Below, piece by piece: positions 38,401-50,199 of a stretch of 64,000 nucleotides of DNA. Every line of letters starts with the position of its first letter. Positions within the stretch are counted from its first letter, which is position 1. Origin of the DNA: Chiloscyllium plagiosum. Its lineage: Eukaryota. Location of the stretch: assembly GCF_004010195.1 (NCBI RefSeq), contig NC_057753.1, positions 3,689,514 through 3,753,513 of the forward strand. Direction: 5' to 3'. Under the pieces are notes generated by a model, which was not told where the DNA came from, made no database searches, and was given only the letters and a program-made list of their open reading frames with translations. A program made the position numbers and the translations under genes.

Positions 38401-41255
38401 ATGCATGAACATGGGCACCATCATGTTCAGGAACAGTTTCTTCCTGGCTGTTGCTAGACTGATGAATGGACTCTCTAACTTGAAATAATACTGATCTTGC
38501 TAATGTTTATCTTGCCTCACGCACACCCTGTAAGATGTAACCTGGATGCCTCTGTCTAAGTTTTTTTTTCCGTTCACCCGATGATCCAAATGTCCTTGCT
38601 CACTATGATCTGCCTGTACTGCTTGTAAACAAAGTGTCTCACTGTACTTAGGTACACAGGACAATAAATAAATCAAACTAAATCGAAGCAGGTAATTTGT
38701 TGGGCAGGGACTGGGGGGGAATTGTGACCCTGAAAACTGCTGGATGGTGATCAATTATTAGCTGGTTCAATAATATCGATCAGGTAAGAGAGGCTGCCAC
38801 CTGGTCTGGCCACACACAAGACTCTGGTGAAAGATTGGTAAGGAATGAAGCAGAAGAATTTATTTTACCTACAAATCTAATAGAATTCTGACAAATGTCT
38901 CCAAAATTTCCAACCTTCATTCACTTTGAAGGACCAGGATAGAAGTGAACTCACCTTGGGACAGTTTGGAGTGAGTCTTTATAGACTTATTAAAAGTGTC
39001 CAATTAATGAAGACTTCTTGAACGGGGCATCAACTCCAAAAGCAAATCAAAATAAAGGGGGATTTTAACAATCTTAAAATTCAAAAAATGAAGGGTCAAC
39101 ATAGCTCCGGTAGAACCTATGTAACAGATAGAGTCAGTCATGCCCGTCAAATTTCCAAATGAATTAGTTTTGTTTTAGAACAAATATATCCTCAGCAACA
39201 TGCAATAGTCCTCTAAGTCAGTTGTTAGAGTCAACATGAGAAAAATCATGCAGAATCGGACTTTGTCAACTAAAACTGTCATGTGGAGAATGGGATCTGT
39301 GTAAATTAAATGGAATCAGTTTATGATGGACTTCTCAATACCAAATGTAACTGTGTTGAACTGAGTCAGACCACATCGAATGCAACTGCATCGATCAGTT
39401 CATTAAAAGTTGAATACATATTTATTGAACTTGTCAATTTCCACTATAGGTATAACCACAATGATCATTGAAGTCCACACTGACTGGACCATGCTTGTCT
39501 GTAATGTGTCAAACCTCACTGCAGTACCAAATATGCCTAAAGTGAACCTGTATCTGGCTGTGCTGAATGTAATCTTAAGCCAAGCTGGATCGATCATCCT
39601 GAAGGAGACCTGTCCTGGATAATAGGGAAACATATTTGCATAAATGACCAATAGTGATAGGAACTAAGCCTATCAGTGCATAGAATACACAAGAGGAAAA
39701 TAACTATGCTGAACTCGAACAATGTACATTGAATTTACAGATGATGAGTGGAACATTTTCACACCGAATGTTCCTGTACTAAACTGAACATAATCACAGT
39801 GAACTGGATCTGTCCACAATGAATATAATGAACAATGAACTGAGAACGTCCTCACTAAGATTATCATGGAGAACTTGACTTGCGCACTGAGAAAGTAAAG
39901 GTATGTTTTTCTACCCATCTACAATGATCACTGCTGAGAACTTGACTGCATTTTCCCAGCATTTGTATTTCTCCGTACGGTCAGTGGTGAAATCTATAAC
40001 TGGCAGTTTTAAGAAGAAATACAAATGGGATCATTCTTCAGTTTTCGATCCTCCACATTACAAATGGGTCACATCCTCTGAAAAAAGAACAGCATTTCAT
40101 TAGCAAAGGAAAAATAGCAGACACACATTAGCTGCTTAATTAGTTTCCTGCAACAAGTTCAAGAATTTTAATCAACTAGCCACCTCACTAAACCACAAAG
40201 TCCAAAATAAATGTATATATGATATTTGTTTACTGATTTGCCGAACCGATTCAGAGTATCCAACTGAAGTGCGTAGTGATACAAATGTTGAATGTTGGTC
40301 ATTTGCTGTTCCATTTTTGCAGTGATCGGAGTTCCAGGTAAAATACTGTGATAGATAGGGGCTGAATGGGGAATTGTTTATTTGTGTTTGACCTCCCATT
40401 TTCAAACTTCACATCTCCATGTTACCATTGTCTTTCCACCAAGGGGGGTGGGGGGAAGTGGAAAGGGGTTGGGTAGGCAACAAGCCTGGTGTGTGGAAGG
40501 TGGGGTCAAGACATGGAGAAAGTGCTCACGTACTAAACTTTGTTGAACTCGATTTTAAATGAGGTGCTGTTCTTCAAGCTTGCACTGAGCTTCGCTAGAG
40601 CATCGCAGAAAGCGTGACCCATGGCGAGACAAGAAGGCAATGTGTTGAAGTGGTATGAAACTGGTAGCTCAGGCTATAACATGGCAGCAAAGTAAGATGC
40701 TCCAGCTGGAGCTTCTCTGCTTGTCTGTCCCTTTTTCCTTTTCCTTTTTTCCCCTGTTGCTGCAGTTTTTCTTGCCCCCGCCCCTCACACAACTTTTAAC
40801 TTCTTAGCTCCCCTACCTACCTTACCTGGAGGGAATGGAGAATGGAGTCTGGAAGTGGAGGCTGGAGCTCGGAGCAGGGAGCAGAGCAAGCACAGGCTGA
40901 GTCCCTGAAGCGAGTCGCGTATGCAGCCTGGAATGGGAGCGGACTGAGTGCAGGCTGAGCTGGGAACCGAATGGTGGATGGAACCTTGAGCGGAAGCACA
41001 GCAAGTGCGGGCTGAGGTGGGAGCTGAGTGGTGGATGGAGCCCAGGGCGGGAGCAAGCTGAGCCAAGGTTAGCCAGAGGATGAGTCAGTGAGGCGAGTCC
41101 GGGACGGACACCAGCGTGTGAGAGCGGTGAGGTCTCATTTTCTGACTCGGTCACAAAGGACTATAATTTCAACACTTTAACTATACATTTAATTAGCAAT
41201 CTGGATTTTTCTGTATTCCATGCTAGTCTTTTTCTTTACTATTTCAATTATAGGG

Positions 41256-42532
41256 TCATAGAGTTATAGAGATGTACAGATTGGAAACGGACCCTTTGGT
41301 CCAACCCATCCATGCCGACCAGATATCCCAACCCAATCTAGTCCCACCTGCCAGCACCCGGCCCATATCCCTCCAAACCCTTCCTATTCATATACCCATC
41401 CAGATACCTTTTAAATAAGACCATAAGACTTAGGAGCGGAAGTAAGGCTATTCAGCCCATCGAGTCCACTCTGCCATTCAATCATGGCTGATGGGCATTT
41501 CAACTCCACTTACCCGCATTCTCCCCGTAGCCCTTAATTCCTTGTGACATCAAGAATTTATCAATCTCTGCCTTGAAGATATTTAGCGTCCCAGCCTCCA
41601 CTGCACTCTGCTGCAATGAATTCCACAGGCCCACCACTCTCTGGCTGAAGAAATGTCTCCGCATTTCTGTTCTGAATTTACCCCCTCTACTTCTAAGGCT
41701 GTATCCACGAGTCCTCGTCTCCTCACCTAACGGAAACAATTTCCTAGCGTCCATCCTCTCCAAGACATGTATTATCTTGTAAGTTTCTATTAGATCTCCC
41801 CTTAATCTTCTAAACTCCAATGAATACAATCCCAGGATCCTCAGCCGTTCCTCATATGTTAGACCTACCATTCCAGGGATCATCCATATGAATCTCTGCT
41901 GGACACGCTCCAGTCCAGTATGTCCTTCCTGAGGTGTGGGGACCAAAACTGGGCACAGTACTCCAAATGGGNNNNNNNNNNNNNNNNNNNNNNNNNNNNN
42001 NNNNNNNNNNNNNNNNNNNNNNNNNNNNNNNNNNNNNNNNNNNNNNNNNNNNNNNNNNNNNNNNNNNNNNNNNNNNNNNNNNNNNNNNNNNNNNNNNNNN
42101 NNNNNNNNNNNNNNNNNNNNNNNNNNNNNNNNNNNCCTCTCCACTTCCTCAGTACTACCTGCCTGTCCACCTAACTTTGTATCATCGGCAAACTTCGCTA
42201 GAATGCCCCCAGTCCCTTCATCCAGATCATTAATATATAAAGTGAACAGCTGCGGCCCCAAAACTGAACCCTGCGGGACACCGCTTGTCACCGGCTGCCA
42301 TTCCGAAAAAGAACCTTTTATCCCAACTCTCTGCCTTCTGTCAGACAGCCAATCCTCAATCCATACCAGTAGCTCATCTCGAACACCATGGGCCCACACC
42401 TTGCTAAGCAGCCATGCTGAGCAATTGTACCAGCCTCCACCGCTTCCTCTGGCAGCTCATTCCATAAATGTAGCACCCTCTGCAAGAAAAAGTTGCCCCT
42501 TAAGTCTCTTTTATATCTTTCCCCTCTCACCA
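41256..42532 (-). mobile_element. Two nested CR1-type LINE 3' fragments (younger 41416-42418 within an older one); contains N gap 41972-42135
   Basis: WLSDRRQRV...[13 protein letters not shown]...[23 protein letters not shown]; outer copy [15 protein letters not shown]. Confidence 0.88.
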
Positions 42533-42854
42533 TAAAATTCTGTAACAACACTGAAAGTGTCTGTACGTAGGTACCCTGTACCGAAGATGGCACCGAGAGT
42601 TCATGTGCACGTGAGAATAAAGTCTATTCTGATTCCTCGGTGGTACCATGCTTTCTGTCTTATGACCAGTCTGATACCTTTTTGACCACTTGCAAGTTTT
42701 CCTACTTTGATAGTATTAATTTTAATCTTTTCTTTTGGATTGATGATCACAATTTCACTCAATTTTTAATCTTTTGTTTTGGATTGACCAACACAATTTC
42801 ACACCCTTTGGGGTTCAATTGAAATTAAATTAGTTTAATTGTTGCACACATTAT

Positions 42855-42990
42855 CCCTCCAACCAATGGGTGAGCAGGATTGGGTGGGGCTGAGGGACCA
42901 ATCGGGAGCGGCGGTCCTCCAACCAATGGACGTGAACGAGAGGCGGGACTAAGGTGGGACCACGTGATCTCCCGCGCACTCAGCTACGCG
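42855..42990 (+). promoter_or_regulatory. CpG-rich TATA-less promoter (probably of the downstream ZNF gene)
   Basis: CCAAT at 42863, 42898 and 42923, ATTGG at 42879, GC-box-like aggcggga at 42941, E-box CACGTG at 42961, sharp rise in CpG density. Confidence 0.7.
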
Positions 42991-43034
42991 CAGGTGCAGT
43001 GTTGCTGCAAGAGTGGTCTCCTTCCGAGACGGCG
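42990..43034 (+). other. Probable non-coding first exon (start approximate)
   Basis: Strong donor GCG|GTGAGT at 43035 just downstream of the promoter motifs; no ATG in the segment. Confidence 0.55.
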
Positions 43035-43218
43035 GTGAGTGAGCGGGCTTGATGGCGAGTCCCAGCGGCGACGAGGAGCGAAATGGATACAGTGTAGAAT
43101 ATGAGGTTGTATAAACCTCGGCTGTATTCCCTAAACCCGAATTAGAAACTCCTAGTCCTGGGTTTGCAGCAAACGAGAAAATGGCTGCAGGCCTCAGGCA
43201 GGGATTGGCCGAGGTTTC

Positions 43219-43510
43219 CGCCGCCATCTTTGTTGGGGGAAGGAGTGCTGCGTGATGTGCGCGCGGCGGCCATCTTTGTTGGGGGACGGAGTGCTGCGTG
43301 ATGTGCGCGCGGCGGCCATCTTTGTTGGGGGACGGAGTGCTGCGTGATGTGCGCGCGGCGGCCATCTTTGTTGGGCGACGGAGTGCTGCGTGATGTGTGC
43401 GCGGCGGCCATCTTTGTTGGGGGACGGAGTGCTGCGTGATGTGCGCGCGGCGGCCATCTTTGTTGGGGATGTCGTCTCGCGAGATGTGTGCGCGGCCGCC
43501 ATCTTTATTC
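43219..43510. repeat. 46-bp CpG-rich tandem repeat (about 6.3 units) with seven YY1-type GCCATCTTT motifs
   Basis: Unit ggccatctttgttgggggacggagtgctgcgtgatgtgcgcgcggc; CCATC cores at 43224, 43270, 43316, 43362, 43408, 43454 and 43499. Confidence 0.92.
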
Positions 43511-43950
43511 GGGGCACTGATCACCAGGAGCCTCATTCAAGGGGAGGATTATCCACAATAAATTGAAACTGTAAGAAGTGTTTGTTTCTTCTGAGTTAAA
43601 AATCACACAACAGCAGATTATAGTCCAACAGGTTTAATTGGAAGCACTAACTTTCTGAGCGATGCTCCTTCATCTGGTGGATCCTAACACAGAATTTATA
43701 GCAAAACTTTACAGTGTCATGTCACTGAAATTATACATTGAAAAATTGATTGTCTGTTAAGCCTTTCATCTGTTAGAATACAGTGATAGTTTCACTTCTT
43801 TGCTCAAAAACTGCATGCATTCATGTAGAACTCTGAGCTCAAAAACTGCATGAATTTATGTAAAACTCTGTTATTTCACTTTTTAGATTGGAATCAATCT
43901 AAACATCAGGTCATAGACAGAGAACACGGGGCTAACACCTTCAACATATT

Positions 43951-44400
43951 CTGGATCAGTGGTGCTGGAAGAGCACAGCAATTCAGGCAGCATCCGAGGA
44001 CAGGCAAAATCGACGTTTCGGGCAAAAGCCCTTCATCAGGAATAAAGGCAGAGAGCCTGAAGCATGGAGAGATAAGCTAGAGGAGGGTGGGAGTGGGGAG
44101 GAGTGGCGGTGAAGGAGGCCCAGCACCTCCATGTCCTCGGCAGTGTGGGAGGGGGAGTTGAAATGTTGAGCCACTGGGCGATTTGGTTGATTGATGCGGG
44201 TGTCTCTGAGATGTTCCCTAAAGCGCTCTGCTAGGAGGCGCCCAGTCTCCCCAATGTAGAGGAGACCGCATCGGGAGCAACGGATACAATAGATGATATT
44301 AGTGGATGTGCAGGTAAAACTTTGATGGATGTGGAAGGCTCCTTTAGGGCCTTGGATGGAGGTGAGGGAGGAGGTGTGGGCACAGGTTTTACGGTTTTTT
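43951..44400 (-). mobile_element. PLE family B fragment with GIY-YIG coding remnant (Neptune-like) and hammerhead
   Basis: FTCTSTNIIYCIRCSRCGLLYIGETGRLLAERFREH...VAQHFN; 14-bp TSD accttcaacat(a/g)tt (43937-43950, 44401-44414); hammerhead at 44008-44043. Confidence 0.9.
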
Positions 44401-44629
44401 ACCTTCAACATGTTGTCTAGCTATCACCATTGTTATCAGCTAACCCGAGAATGCAACTTTTAAAAAAAAAAGGTTTTGTGATTTACACATGAAAGAAGTG
44501 AAACTATCACTGTATTCCAACAGATGAAAGGCTTAACAGACAATCAATTTTTCAATGTATAATTTCAGTTACGTCACACTGTAAATTTTTGCTATAAATT
44601 CTGTGTGTTAGGATGGAGCCCTCCACTAC

Positions 44630-44664
44630 CACCTGATGAAGGAGCGGCGCTCCGAAAGCTAGTG
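44630..44664 (+). ncRNA. Minimal hammerhead ribozyme motif (PLE family C)
   Basis: cac-CUGAUGA-A-GGAGC-GGC-GCUCC-GAAA-GC-UA-gug. Confidence 0.75.
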
Positions 44665-44974
44665 TGTTTCCAATTAAACCTGTTGGACTATAACCTGGTT
44701 TTGAGTGATTTTTGACTTTGTACACCCCAGTCTAACATCTGCATCTCCAAATCGTTTCTTCTGGATTTCTATCCCGGGGCGTCATTGATAAATTTTATGA
44801 ATTAATTTTACAGGATTCTCAGAGGGGGAGCTCGCAACAGTCACTAGGTTCAAGACCTGACACTGCGTATGGATTCACAAGGATCTGAAAATCATCAGTC
44901 TTTGACCGTGGAATGATCCAGGCTCTGCCTCCTGGAAAGAGTATACAGTTATGGATGTGACTGTAAAAGCATTG

Positions 44975-45430
44975 AGGTGTGGTACAATTGCAGCGTTTAA
45001 AAGGCATGTGGATGGGTATGTGAATTGGAGAAAGTGAGGACTGCAGATGCTGGGGATTAGAGTCGAGAGTGTGGTGCTGGAAAAGCACAGCAGGTCAGGA
45101 AGCATCTGAGGAGCAGGAGAATCGATGTTTTGGGCATAAGCCCTTCATCATGAATCAGGGTATATGAACAGGAAGGGTTTAGAGCGATATGGGCCAAGTG
45201 TTGGGAAATGGGACTAGATTAGGTTAGGCTATCTGGTCGGCATGGACGCAGGAGAATCGATGTTTTGGGCATAAGCCCTTCATCAGGAATCAGAGTATAT
45301 GAACAGGAAGGGTTTAGAGCGATATGGGCCAAGTGTTGGGAAATGGGACTAGATTAGGTTAGGCTATCTGGTCGGCATGGACGAGTTGGGCCGAAGGGTC
45401 TGTCGTTGTGCGGTACATCTCCATGACTCT
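44975..45430 (+). mobile_element. CR1 3' end with nested PLE family B tail and a 135-bp tandem duplication
   Basis: 45113-45247 is duplicated at 45248-45382. Confidence 0.8.
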
Positions 45431-46194
45431 GCATCCAATATAATGCAAAGAATTGCAAATACCAGAGATCAGAAACAAAAACAGAAATTTCTGAAGAAAT
45501 TCTGGTTTATCAGTATCTGTTGTGAGAAAACAGATATTCAAAATCTGATCAGATCACTCTGAAAGTATATATTCAGCTCTGGCTTTCACACCTGAGGCAG
45601 GATTGATTGTTTTGCCCTTAAAGGTGAGTGTAGAGCAGAAGCTCTGTTTTCTAAGGGTTTACTTATCGAAGTATGTTTTAAAAAAAAAGACATTACATAT
45701 ATTTTTGTAACAGTTAGAACAGTATTTAGGCAGTTCAGCCCATTAAGTACATGCTGGCTCTCTGTAGAATGATCCAGTCTGTTTCGTTTTCTACTCCAGC
45801 TCCAACACCCTGCAACTTTATTTGCCTCGTGCTTTTCTTTAAAAATCATTTATAATCTCCATTTTCACCAGACTTTTGTTCTGCACATGACCAGTCACCG
45901 CATGAAGAAAAATCTATTTCCTTCCAAACACCTTAACCCTGTCTCACCTAATCGTGGTGCCATCGTAGTACATATAATACAGAAATCAGCCTTCAACCCA
46001 GCAAGTCTGTGCTGCTAATAATACAAAAAATGCATGTAGCCACTTTTCCAGCACTAGGCCCATAGCCTTGAATGTTATGACATTTCAAGTGCTCATTCAA
46101 GTACTTTTTCAAGATCGTGAGGTTATCCACTTCAACTGTCATCCCAGGTAGTGCATTCTAGGCACCCATCATCCTCTGGGTGAAAATAAATTGC

Positions 46195-49100
46195 TCAATT
46201 TTCTACAGACCCCTCAATAACAAAAGAGGCAAGGAGAAGCATATTGGGAGGCAGATTTTGGAAAGGTGCAGAAGTAACAGGGTTGTTATCATGGGTGACT
46301 TTAAAATCCCTAATATTATGTGGAAACTCCTTCATGCAAATAGTTTGGATGGAGTAAATTTTGTCAGGTGTGTCCAGAAAGGATTCCTGACTCAATATGT
46401 AGATAGACAGCATCAAAGGAACAGGAGAATCGACGTTTTGGGCATAAGCCCTTCTCATTCCTGAAGACGGGCTTATGCCTGAAACGTCAATTCTTCTGTT
46501 CCTTGGATGCTGTCTGACCTGCTGTGCTTTTCCAGCAACACATTTTTAAGCTCTGATCTCCAGCATCTGCAGTCCTCACTTTCTCCTCCTCAATATGTCG
46601 GTAGGCCAACCAGAGGGGAGTTCATATTGGATTTGGTGCTAGGCAATGAACCAGGTCAGGTGTCAGATCTCTCGGTGGGAGAGCATTTCGGTGATAGTGA
46701 TCACAACTCTCTGGTCTTTACTATAGTCGTGGAAAGGGATAGCAGCAGACGGTATGGGAAAGCATTTAATTGGGGGTGAGGGTATTACAATTCTATGAGG
46801 CAGGAACTGTGGAGCACAATTTAGGAACAGGTATTCTCAAGGAAATCCTTGACAGAAATGTGGGTGTCAGGAGCACCTGCTGTGAGTTCTGGATAGGTTT
46901 GTCCCACTGAGGCAAGGAAGGGATAGTAGGGTGAAGGAACCTGGGATGTGAAACATGTGGTCAAGAGGAAGAAGGAAGCTTACTTAATGTTGAGGAAGCA
47001 AGGATCAGACAGGGCTCGAGAGCGTTATAAGGTAGCCAGGAAGGAACTGAAGGATGGGCTTAAGAGATCTAGTAGGGGGCATGAAAAAGCCATGGTAGGT
47101 AGGTTAAAGGAAAACCCAAAGGCATTCTACGCTTACATGAGGAACAAGAGGATGGTCAGATTGAGGGTAGGACTGATCAGGGATAGTGGTTTGTGTCTGG
47201 AGGTGGAGCAGGTAGGGGAGGTCCTGAATGAATAATTTGCTTCCATATTCAAAAGTGAGGGGGACCTTATCGTTTGTGAGGACAGCTTGACGCAGGCTGA
47301 TGTGCTCGAACAGGTTGATGTTAAGAAGGAGAATGTCCTGGAAATTTTGAAAAACATGAGGATAGATAAATCCCCGGGGCTAGACAGGGATAAACCCAAG
47401 GTTACCACAGGAAGTGAGGGAAGAGATGGCTGCACCTTTGGCGATGATCTTTGCGTCCTCACTGTTCACTGGAGTAGTGCCAACTGGAGGTTGGCAAATG
47501 TTATTCCCTTGTCCAAGAAAGGCAATAGGGATAACCCTGGTAATTACAGATCAGCCAGTCTTACCCAGGGGGAGGTGGTAAGTGGGCACATTATTGGAGA
47601 GGATTCTGAGAGATAGGATTTATGGTTATTTGGAAAAGCATAGTTTGATCAAGAGATAGTCAGAATGGCTTTGTGAGGGGCAACTCATGCCTTACAAACC
47701 TTAATGAATTCATTAAGGATGTGACAAAACGCCTTGATGAAGATAGAGCAGTGGGTGCGGTGGATATGGATTTTAGCAAGGCATTTGATTAGATTACTTA
47801 CAGTAGTGGAAATAGGCCCTTCGGCCCAACAAGTCCACACCGACCCTCCAAAGAGCAACCCACTCAGACCCGTTCCCCTACATTTATCCCTTCAACCAGC
47901 ACTACGGGCAATTTAGAATGGCCAATTCACCAAACCTGCACATTTTTGGACTGTGGGAGGAAACCGGAGCACCCAGAGGAAACCCACGCAGACACGTGGA
48001 GAATGTGCAAACTCCACACAGTCAGTTGCCTGAGGCGGGGACTGAACCTGGGTCTCTGGCGCTGTGAGGCAGCAGTGCTAACCACTGAGCCACCGTGCCA
48101 CCCAGTGTGCCACCGTTTGATTGCGTTCACCATGGTAGGCTCATTCAGAAAGTAAGGAGGCATGGGATACAGGGAAATTTGGCTGCCTGGATACAGAATT
48201 GGCTGGCCCAGAGAAGACAGGATGATGGTAGATGGGAAGTATTCAGCTTGGAGGTCGGTGACCAGTGGTGTTTTACAGGGATCTGTTCTCAGACCTCTGC
48301 TCTTAGTGATTTTTATAAATGACTTGGATGAGAATTGGAAGGGTGGGTTAGGTTTGCCGATGATGCATAGTTTGATGGAGCTATGGATAGTGTGGAGGGC
48401 TGTTGTAAGTTGCAGCGGGGCATTGACAGGATGCAGAGCTGGGGTGTGTCGTGGCAGATGGAGTTCAACCTGGAACAGTGTGAAGTGTTTCATTTTGGAA
48501 GGTAGAGTTTGAATGCAGAATACAGGGTTAAACCAGGAGTCTTGGCAGTGTGGAGGAACAGAGGGATCTTGGGGTCCATGTTTACAAATCCCTCAAAGTC
48601 GCCACCCAAGTTGATAGGGTTGTTAAGAAGGCGTATGGTGTTTTGGCTTTCAGTAACGGGAGGATTGAGTTTAAGAGCCATGAGGTGATGCTGCACCTGT
48701 ATAAATCTCTGGTTAGACCACACTTGGAAATTGTCAGTTCTGGTGGCCTCATTACAGGAAGGATGTGGAAGCTTCAGAGAGGGTGCAGAGGAGATTTACC
48801 AGGATGCTGCCTGGACTGAGGGGCATGTCTTATGAAGACAGATTAAGGGAGCTAGGGTTTTTCTCATTGGAGTGAAGAAGGATGACTTGATAGAGGTGTA
48901 CAAGATGATTGGAGGCATAGATAGAGTGGATGGCCAGAGACTTTTCCCCAGGACAGAAATGGCTATCACGACGGGACATAATTTTAAGGTGATTGAAGGA
49001 AGGTTTAGCGGAGATGTCAGAGGTAGGTTTTTTTTAATAGTGAGTGGTGGGTGTGTGGAATGAACTGCTAGCAGTTGTTGTAGCATCAGATACATTAGGG

Positions 49101-49341
49101 TCAAAAAGTGTGGTGCTGGAAAAACACAGCCAGTCAGGCAGCATCCGAGGAGCTGGAGAGCCGACATTTCGAGCAAAAGCTCTGCATCTGCAGTCCTCAT
49201 TTTCTCCTCAGTTACATTAGGGACATTTAAGCGACACATGGATGGTAGTGAAATGAAGGGTATTATCCTAGAGGTGGATAAAAGGTCAGCACCACATTGA
49301 GGGCCGAAGGGCCTGTCCTGTGCTGTACTGTTCTATGTTCT
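46195..49341 (+). mobile_element. CR1/HER1-type LINE ORF2, decayed, with nested PLE tails (about 46408-46588 and 49101-49212) and an HE1 SINE
   Basis: FYRPLN...VIMGDFK; LDLVLGNEPGQV...DSDHN; ANVIPLSKKG; VTSGVLQGSVL; TSD tacattaggg at 49091 and 49213. Confidence 0.9.
47795..48115 (-). mobile_element. HE1-type SINE
   Basis: Well-conserved ggcacggtggctcagtggttagcactgctgcctcacagcgccagagaccc head on the minus strand. Confidence 0.9.
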
Positions 49342-49947
49342 AATTCACATCTAAGCCTCTTGTACATTTTTTTTTTTTACTTTTTTAAAACTGTCTGCCT
49401 GAGTTACTGACCCCTCCACTAATTAGAATAGATTCCCCTTATCTGCCCTGTTCATCAGCCTCATAACGTTTCACACCCCAGTCAGATACCTCCTCAGCTT
49501 CGTCTGCTCAAAGGAAAACAACCCCAATCTGTCTGTTCTCTCTTCGAAGCTAAACCACTCCAGCTCGGACAACATTCTGGAGAATCATATCTGCACCCTC
49601 TCAGGTGCAATTACATTCTTGTGCTGAGACAACCAGAACTGCACGCAATACAGTAGCCCGCTGAACTAGCATTATTTTCTGCACAGTCATAACCTTGGTC
49701 GTGTATTAGATACCTTGACTGAATAAAAGTCAAATACCGCATTTGCCTTCTGAATCACCTTATCAATCTATCCTGCTGCCTTCAAGGATCTATGGACACA
49801 GACACTCTGTCTCTCCGAACCTCCATATCTCCCACGGTCATACTGTTCGTCATGTGCTCCCTTCTTCGAACACACCAGAATGCCTCACCTCTGAAACTTT
49901 ATTGCTGGAACAGCACAGCAGGTCAGGCAGCATCCAGGGAACAGGAG

Positions 49948-49983
49948 ATTCGACGTTTCGGGCACAGGCCCTTCTTCAGGAAT
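49948..49983 (-). ncRNA. Minimal hammerhead ribozyme motif (PLE family B)
   Basis: auuc-CUGAAGA-A-GGGC-CUGU-GCCC-GAAA-CG-UC-gaau. Confidence 0.75.
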
Positions 49984-50163
49984 GAGCAGAGAGTGTTCAG
50001 CAGGAGAAGATAAAAGGTAGGGAGGAGGGACTTGGAGGAGGGGCGTTGGAAATGTGATAGGTGGAAAGAGGTCAAGGTGAGGTACCCTACTCCGACCTAT
50101 CACCCTCACCTCCAAGTCCCTCCTCCCTACCTTTTATCTTCTCCTGCTGAACACTCTCTGCTC

Positions 50164-50199
50164 ATTCCTGAAGAAGGGCATGTGCCCGAAACGTCGAAT
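50164..50199 (+). ncRNA. Minimal hammerhead ribozyme motif (PLE family B)
   Basis: auuc-CUGAAGA-A-GGGC-AUGU-GCCC-GAAA-CG-UC-gaau. Confidence 0.75.

Larger units (their letters stand above)
37695..38680 (+). mobile_element. Rex1/Babar-like LINE 3' fragment with nested PLE and HE1 insertions
   Basis: YRCTIENILSG.TMACFGN...LQKVV motif; gtacacaggacaataaa 3' end. Confidence 0.7.
43594..44753 (+). mobile_element. PLE family C element with 5' inverted arm, interrupted by a family B PLE
   Basis: TSD gtttcttctg (43584-43593, 44754-44763); about 200-bp inverted arm; homologous to 35659-36209. Confidence 0.85.

Noticed and set aside
41500..42399. Intact 299-aa reverse transcriptase gene
   Set aside because: 5'-truncated CR1 fragment whose frame continuity depends on an N gap.
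43219..43510. CRISPR-like array
   Set aside because: Units are contiguous and near-identical with no unique spacers, there are no cas genes, and the context is vertebrate.
42949..43536. Repetitive ORFs (KMAAARTSRSTP...) on the minus strand
   Set aside because: Products of the stop-free 46-bp repeat cycling through all three frames; no independent coding evidence.
44814..44940. Extra ZNF 5' UTR exon after a ttttacag acceptor
   Set aside because: Only weak resemblance to the exon start at 51065 and no convincing donor; cannot be supported without RNA data.
48040..48100. tRNA gene
   Set aside because: The A/B-box-like head belongs to an HE1 SINE; no complete cloverleaf.
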